NCBI GenBank assembly: GCA_002269645.1
Contig: NIVC01002713.1
Location: 1 to 38,005, forward strand
Direction: 5' to 3'
Source of the DNA: Macrostomum lignano
Taxonomy: Eukaryota
Length of the DNA stretch: 38,005 nucleotides
This document shows, one piece after another, positions 31,220 through 38,005 of the stretch. Position 1 is the first letter of the stretch, and each line of letters opens with the position of its first letter. Both the position numbers and the translations under genes were made by a program. The notes below the pieces were generated by a model, which did no database searches, was not told the origin of the DNA, and saw nothing but the letters and a program-made list of their open reading frames with translations.

Positions 31220-32512
31220 TTAAGCTGCAACATAGCTGGCAAAAACCAGCGAGCTGAGCACAATTCTCAGCGGTATGAGCAGGAAGCTCAGTAGATAATT
31301 CTGCTGTGGTGACACGGGAGTCCTCGCCAACACAGACTGAGTCTTGACCAGCCCGGCAAGCGCCAGTGGTGGATAGCAGATCGCCACTAAGCACAGGTGC
31401 ACCGGCGTGGCCCAGGCGTCCAGTCGACGCGCAAGTCGCCGACTGGCAAAGACATCACCGACCGGCGCGGGCAGCGGCAGATTCGGCAGCCGGCAGCCTT
31501 GGAAGGCGAGGCGCCACATGCTGTAGGCGATGCAGAGACCGCAAGTGGCGCCTGGCAGGTACGCATTCAGTAGCAAATCCAGGTACACAGCCAATTTATA
31601 GATGGAGTGGAAGGACGAGATGCGCGGCTGGCTGGACTCTGCTGACGTGGTACACCCAGAGCAGATTGAGATAGGCCGCCCCGGCAACGGCTGCAGACGC
31701 GTAGGCCGCCATGCGGATGTTGCGCGGGCTGAAGCGCCGGCGCCAGGTGATGGCATTGGGCGCCAGGGTGGCGGCGCGCTCGGCCGCGAAAGCTGTTAGA
31801 ATCCACACCTTGGTTGTTAAGGCAGAAAAGGGGTTTGAAAGAGTTAAGGAAGGTCGATTAATAGTCCCGTACATATAGCTCGTACTATCCTAACCTGCTG
31901 TACACACTAGATGAATGCGTACCTCCGTATGTATCCTGCGTATTTGATCTCGGAAGTCCAAGCATTTGGAAGGCCTGCACTGCCCATTCCGCTGCTCGGG
32001 GGCCCAGAAAGATCCCTTTCCGCAGCTAATCTGATCTAATCTCATCAAAATCAGTTTTAAAGCATTGAATCAAAGACTAGCAAAGGGCAAAGCAGTACAA
32101 AGGTGCTGCAACAAACCTGAGCAGTGTTGATGCAGCTTTCGCTCAGCTGACGCAGCTTGCACAGCCAAGCCGCCGCTGACCAGCCAGTCTCGGCATTGTC
32201 CTGTTGCTGCTCGGCCGTCGGCTGGCTGAAAATGGCCAAATCGGCAAGGATCAGCGCCGCTCGGCAGGCCAGATTGGCCAGATCGATCGCGCAGCTCCAG
32301 CGCACGAGCAGCAGGCAGCCGAGATTGTACGGCGCCGACGTCAAAACGTTAAATTGTCGACGTCGTAGCAGATATTGACAGACTGCCAGGATCACCATGG
32401 CAACGCCGGATCCAATCAGCAGAGGAGCTCCAAAGTACTGCGTTAAGTCTTCATCAAGAAAATCGACAGCCTCTGACTTGTTGCGGTCGGATTGAGTAAA
32501 TTCGTTGGACAT
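31220..32512 (-). pseudogene. Divergent rhodopsin-like (class A) 7TM receptor, exons ~32117..32512 and ~31220..31808; frameshift near 31630, so a pseudogene or an assembly error
   Basis: Hydrophobic TM segments; TM3 AWLCKL...CINTAQ|VWILTAFAAERA (Cys and DRY-like ERA) joined by a phase-0 GT-AG intron; TM5 YLDLLLNAYLPGATC, TM6 LCLVAICYPPL and a TM7-like LLSFLLIPLRIVLSSLVFASY appear in a different frame. Confidence 0.6.
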
Positions 32513-33271
32513 TTTTGATTGATTCCTGTGCGTTGAATTGAACTGATCCGTGGTCTGTGAAATGTCAGACTTATGCAGCCGTTATCAGTCTTTTATGATT
32601 AACTGCTGCATGTACATGTATGCCATGGCCACTGCTCGATCATTGGTTGAGATGAATGACGCATGCAGAGGGACAATTAAGCAGATTGGGAAGAAAATTT
32701 ACGCCGAGTCATGTCATGCGCCGTCTCTACTAGTATAGAATTCGCTCATACAACACCTGTCGTGAACTGCCATTGTGATAATTCGGGGCATGCCTTTCAA
32801 AAAAACCATGCGTTCCAGCTGCTGTTGCATTCGACAATAACCAATTGTGGAAGATGCATGGGACAATATTTTTACATTCGAGAGATAAAAAATTCGAGTA
32901 CTGTCAAGTTAATTAACATCTTTACCAAAGTCTTTGCATTTTATAGCATATCAAATAATCGCTGCAGTTGCATTTTCCCGAATTTCATGCATGTACATGT
33001 AGATGTACATAAGTCTTAGCTGTTAGAAGAAAATTACTACTAATATATACATGTACAGTGTATGAGTCGGCTCCACGAGATTGAGGTTAGCCATAATTAA
33101 ATGGAGAAATTTGCTTTTATAAATTCGCTTAGGCCTACCTGCCATCAGTAAATGATTGCGACACATTGCAATTGCTTGTTGTACACACAGATACGCTCGT
33201 AGATGGATGGGCTTTAATTATAGGTTGCATGAAAAAAGCCCACTTAGCTTTTTACAACTACATGTGTAATA

Positions 33272-33308
33272 CAAGGACTTCTAGACTAGTCTAGTCTAGA
33301 AGTCCTTG
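33272..33308. other. 37-bp palindrome (18-bp arms, 1-nt centre)
   Basis: CAAGGACTTCTAGACTAG-T-CTAGTCTAGAAGTCCTTG. Confidence 0.9.
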
Positions 33309-33327
33309 GTATAATATTCTGCATATA

Positions 33328-33470
33328 TCCTCCAGATTAGCAACACTCCCTCCAGATTAGCACTGCTCCCTCCAGATTAGCACTACTCCCTCCAGATTAG
33401 CACTACTCCCTCCAGATTAGCACTGCTCCCTCCAGATTAGCACTGCTCCCTCCAGATTAGCACTACTACT
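33328..33470. repeat. 20-bp minisatellite CCCTCCAGATTAGCACT(A/G)CT
   Basis: About 7 copies. Confidence 0.9.
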
Positions 33471-35283
33471 GCATGATGTACATGTAACCGCTTGTTGTGT
33501 GTTATAAATATTAATCGATGAATTTACTACAATGACCATTTAGGTTATAGGAAACGTACAGCAGGTTAGAGTTCGAGACTTTTTGATAATTAACGGAAGT
33601 GCATGTGCATGCATGCATTTATATTCCACTTAGAACCGAAGAACTAGCATAGAACCGCGGGTTATAGCATGTATGCGATGGAAATCTTCATTACTACGGC
33701 ATCGAACTGCACATGCATTAGCTACACATAGATCACTGTAGCGTTGTAGCGAGCGAGGACTATAACTGAAGTTAATTTGACTTAACTTACTTCAGCCTCA
33801 AGTTACCACACTTGTATGTGGGAGGTGACTGTACACTTCAGCATCGTTTATCTTGCACTGTTAGTGATATTTTCTAAAAAATTGCTCAGAGGAATAGTTT
33901 TTAATATTTTAATGTAAGATTCCTTAAAAAGTAATGAAACCAGAATACACCATTGGAATAATATATAATGCTGTTATAAATACAGTTGACATGCCGCTAC
34001 TAACACAAAAAATCGTTTCGCAGAAATAAAAAATTAGCTATGAAATATTCCATATACGCGGTCGTCGCACCCGACGATACACCACAGGACCACAGCACAG
34101 CCGTTTGTCACAACTCACGATTGTATAAAGTATTGCAGGCTTGCAGCGTACGAAAATAACAAAAGTTTTTGTTTCCATCTAGAAACATAATTTGTCTTGT
34201 CTACTAGAGAAGATCCTAATAAAGCAAATTTTAAACGATCATTATTTGGCGTCGCCGCGTTGTAGGTCGTATCCGCCTCAGTCTTCAGCAGTTACGCTAA
34301 TTCCGTAGGCCTATTAACATATCCAAAGGCCTAGAATTAATTTTACCAGATAAGAGTAAGCCTAACCTAAAACTTGGGCTATAGGAATAGCTAAGAAGAA
34401 ACAATCGACGAAATGAATGCATATGAATTCTTGTTCTTCTCTGACAATCTTATTCCTTCACCTGACAAGGTTTGTATGTCATTGATATAATGATGCATCA
34501 ATTTGCCAGTAGTTATCTTTAGAAGCTATATTTAAAAAAATTAAACAAGTATTTTGGCCTAGCCCTACCTCTAAAGTATCCAGATGAAATGCCTAAGTCT
34601 AGCCATAAAGAAAACAATGTAAAAATGAATAATTTTTCATCAATGTTTTACAAAACATATTAAAAGCCATTCATTTTATAGTTTATCCTTTGGCTTAGTC
34701 CAAATGTAAGAATCTAATCCATTCTAATATATAATATATAATATATCTAATCTAATCTAATAACTAATATTGCACTAAAAACTTTTCTTATCCTATCACT
34801 AGGGCCTAGTCATTGCCATTGGGGTACTATATGATATTGATATTTTTTTCCTATTATAATCTCCAAATTGATTCAAACTTTGTTTTGTTTTTAAAATCCC
34901 TATTAATATTAAAGATGAGTTAAAAGGCAACATATGATATAACCCAGGCAGCAAAATTATGAATCTAATGGAAAGTTAGAGGTTGGACATCTCAAATATA
35001 TATATTTTTGGTTGTAGGAGCAAGGGCAATAAGAGCTTGCGGCACTGGGGAATATGCCCCTAGAAAATGAGTCCATGTGGCAATTTTTAGTGCTTTTTCT
35101 TATTTCAGGCCCCAATTAGCAACTTAGGTACCTATGCCCTCCTTGCCCTGTGCCCTCCTAAAATATTTGACTCCGCTGACCGCTGCCCTATATAGGAATA
35201 TCATTGATATATATATGTATCCTAGTTATCCTAGTATAGTTTGTTCAATAAAGACAAAGAGAATTTGAAACTAAGCAAAATTG

Positions 35284-37100
35284 TCAAATGTGAAAGCTAT
35301 TGTATGCAACAACAGCTAAAAGCAATGCATCTAGGAATTTGCTGTGCTGCATGGGCACACCATATCTCTACTAAGTTTGGGCAAAATTGCAGTACACACT
35401 CTCAAAGGCTTACTTGCTAAATATGCCTAGAGTGTTACTAGTGATGCTGTAGAAGGTTCCGACATAGTGTAGTAGCATATGCACTTTTGGGAAAAGTGGC
35501 AGACCAGGCAGCTCAAATATAGTCTTAAAATGCAAAGTGCAAAATTTGCTGCTAGAAATCAACATACAGCTGGGAATAAAGCAGCTACTGACAACGGCAT
35601 CTAAACTCATCAAACAGAAACTGTAAGGCTTCAGGTTTTGCAGCAGATAATCATGAAGCTCTGCAGATTTGTGAAGCAGTGTGGCAGGTGTTTCCTTCTA
35701 TGCTGCCACCATGGTATCTGATTTGCACAATGCTATCGTTGTATGCCCACCGATATACACAGTCAGTGCCCCATACCAAAAGATGTGGTTCGTGATGCCA
35801 AGCATCAGATGCAGCTCTGGTAGAGGCAGAACAAATAGAATCTTGGCTTCATCATCTGCCTGATGCAAAGGGGCCTCAATGCAGTTGTAGAAATCCTTTG
35901 CACTGCTTCTCTCTTTGCCACTGCTAGCAAAGTCCAAGGCCATCTGCCATATTCTTCCAACAGTTCTCATTGGGCACAGGTGTTCAGTGGTATAGGAGCC
36001 TCGCAATAGCAACATGAATGCCTAGATTCATATGCCTAGAGGCCACAAATGAGGTTCACAACCTCCATGTCGGCTGCCACTGCAATTACTGTTATTCCTC
36101 TGAGGCTCAAATGCTAAAATAGAACTTTGATACTATTGTAGTACTCGCTCATGTCTGGCAAAGCTGCTAGAATCAACAGCTTTTTCACTCCAGAACCAGC
36201 AAACTTCTGGTCCTTTGTCGACTGACTTTCTTGGCTCTTATCTTGATGCAGTAGGCTGGCACAAATTTTAAAAAAATCCACCACCTCCAACAAGACCAAT
36301 CTTTATGTCGACATCCCTGTAGCCCCTCTCAGAAACAACCTTCTCAATCAAGCCTTGCACATTGCTGCAGATTATAGCATTTTTAGTAGCCACTATGCTG
36401 CCAACTTTAAGCAGCTTGTTCACAAAAAAGTCCTTCAAATGCCAGCTTCTAACAATAAGGCTTGTATCAAGTTCAACTGCACAGCCTTCCATAAGCTAGC
36501 TCCTTTTCGCAGAATGCTGCCCACTTTCAGAGTTTGTTGGTTGCTGAGATTTAATGCAACTTTTAGCTGCAGCATCGTGTTTGCTATTGTTGGAGCCAGC
36601 TATCTTGTGTTGCAGGCTGTGTTGGCCACAGTGATGGCTAGAGGCTGCCTCCTTGCACTCTTCAGAGCAACAGTGCTTGCCCCAGTGACCTATAGCTTGG
36701 CAGCAACTGTGGTGCTAGAACTTGCTCCACTGTTCCAGGGCTGATCAAGCTGCTTAGATTTGCTAGCCAGGTTGTTTATTTGTAGCAATGCAGCTTGCTT
36801 TTGCCAATAGCCGAGTGGTAGCCAGAGCAGAACCACACAGGAGCCTGGGCTGCATCTGCCACTAGTCAAAAGTTGGCCTCTGGTACAGTTTAGTATACCA
36901 GTTGCATAAATGCTACGTGGATCTGCATTTTTATGCAGGTTGCTACGGGCAATCCTGTAGATCTTGCATAGGCAGTTTGGTTGTGATCTTTGAATCATTG
37001 GAATGCTGCTTAGATCTGCTAACATTTGCTTGTAGTTGAGTCTGGCGGCAAAGGACAGGTGCTAGGCCTCCAAGTGAAGAAATAATTTAATAGCAGCCCT
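35284..37100 (-). mobile_element. Fossil DDE DNA transposase, Chapaev/Transib(RAG1)-like fold, with many stops and frameshifts
   Basis: Ordered motifs: CLCKIYRIAR; KIGLVGGGGFFKIC; SGVKKLLILA; AADMEVVNLICGL*...HSCCYC; RTVG; LPLPELHLMLG; VVSSCF; PKVHMLLHYV; LGIFSK*AFESV; AVVAYNSFHI*. These follow the D...D..C-x-x-C...PxLH..LG...PKxH...SEQ..E layout. TIRs not found. Confidence 0.7.
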
Positions 37101-38005
37101 TGCAGACTCCAATTGGCAGAAGATGCCACACAGATGAATAGTTTGGAAGGACATACTGCTCAATAGTTGTGATATCATTCATTGCTTAATTTGAGGCAGT
37201 GAGTGAGTTCAACTAGTCCCTCACTTTGAAATTATTGACTATGCTTTGTCTCATAAACAATTATGCTTGAAGTTCTACATTTATACAATGTATTAAAGAC
37301 ACCTAAAATAGTAGAAGTGTTAAATTGGCTATATCATAACAAGCCAAGCACTTGTGATTCTTTTGAAATATGTTTTAGATAGCTGAGGCACTCTAGTTTG
37401 CAACATGAGTACCCATTTTCTTGGGCAATTTTTTTAGTCATTTTGCCATGTGGGAAGCACCATGAAAGGCTGTGTAATGACAGTGTATAATAAGGGTCAG
37501 AAAACTTTTTTCAGTGTGGGCTGGATTGGAAAACTAACTAGCTAAGGCAATAGGCTAGAAAAAATATACAACAAATTGTGGCTATTAATGACAATTTTAG
37601 ATAATTAGACCAAATAGAACCAACAATCTACAATTAAAACTGATATAAGAATGATAGGATCAAAGCTAATTTTACTTGTAAAATTGAATGCTTCATCACA
37701 ATATTAATTTGCAAGCTAGACTTGAAAGTGTTGTGAACTAGATCTGGTCTGCAGGCATTGTTAGATAATAAGAGTTTGTTGACCTCTGATGTATAGTACA
37801 TTAATAACTAATAACTAATTAGCTATAAAACATATAACATCTAGATAACCTAGCCAATTTAGCTAAGTGATAGGTGGCGAAGGCAAGTATGTTGCAAAAC
37901 CTATCAACTAAGCAGGCAAGCACAAAAATTATAAATAAGGTACAAACAACAAAGCATGAAAAATAAAGTAAAATAAAGCAAAGTAGTCAAAGCCAAAAAG
38001 AGAAA

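Noticed and set aside
35284-37100. Fungal-style RIP (CpA->TpA) as the cause of transposase decay
   Set aside because: Stops necessarily arise from CAA/CAG/TGG/CGA by single transitions, so the pattern is partly ascertainment bias; CpG loss is the clearer signal. A computed TpA/ApT and (CpA+TpG)/(ApC+GpT) profile would be needed to revive the idea.

Overview
This is eukaryotic genomic DNA (spliced genes with GT-AG introns, no prokaryotic features). GC-rich exons plus introns packed with tandem repeats suggest an invertebrate animal; the style resembles the flatworm Macrostomum, but that is inference. Contents, left to right: (1) the first coding exon of an OSBPL9/ORP9-like gene (minus strand) with a CpG-depleted intron 1; (2) small transposable elements: a TA-flanked MITE, a hAT MITE carrying a nested tRNA-derived SINE, and an RTE LINE fragment; (3) a complete 3-exon alpha-arrestin gene (minus, 441 aa); (4) a complete 9-exon calpain-5/TRA-3-type gene (minus, 651 aa) with an intact frame but catalytic Cys->Ala and His->Arg, i.e. 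a pseudo-protease; (5) a full-length, young but disabled Ty3/Gypsy LTR retrotransposon inside a minisatellite; (6) a divergent rhodopsin-like 7TM gene with apparent disablements (minus); (7) a CpG-depleted right end holding a fossil Chapaev/Transib(RAG1)-like DDE transposase. The most notable points are the dead calpain, the co-oriented 7TM/calpain/arrestin trio, the sharp CpG-depleted versus CpG-rich compartments, and the tandem-repeat architecture of the introns. Exon models were assembled by hand from splice signals and recalled protein motifs; no database search was run.
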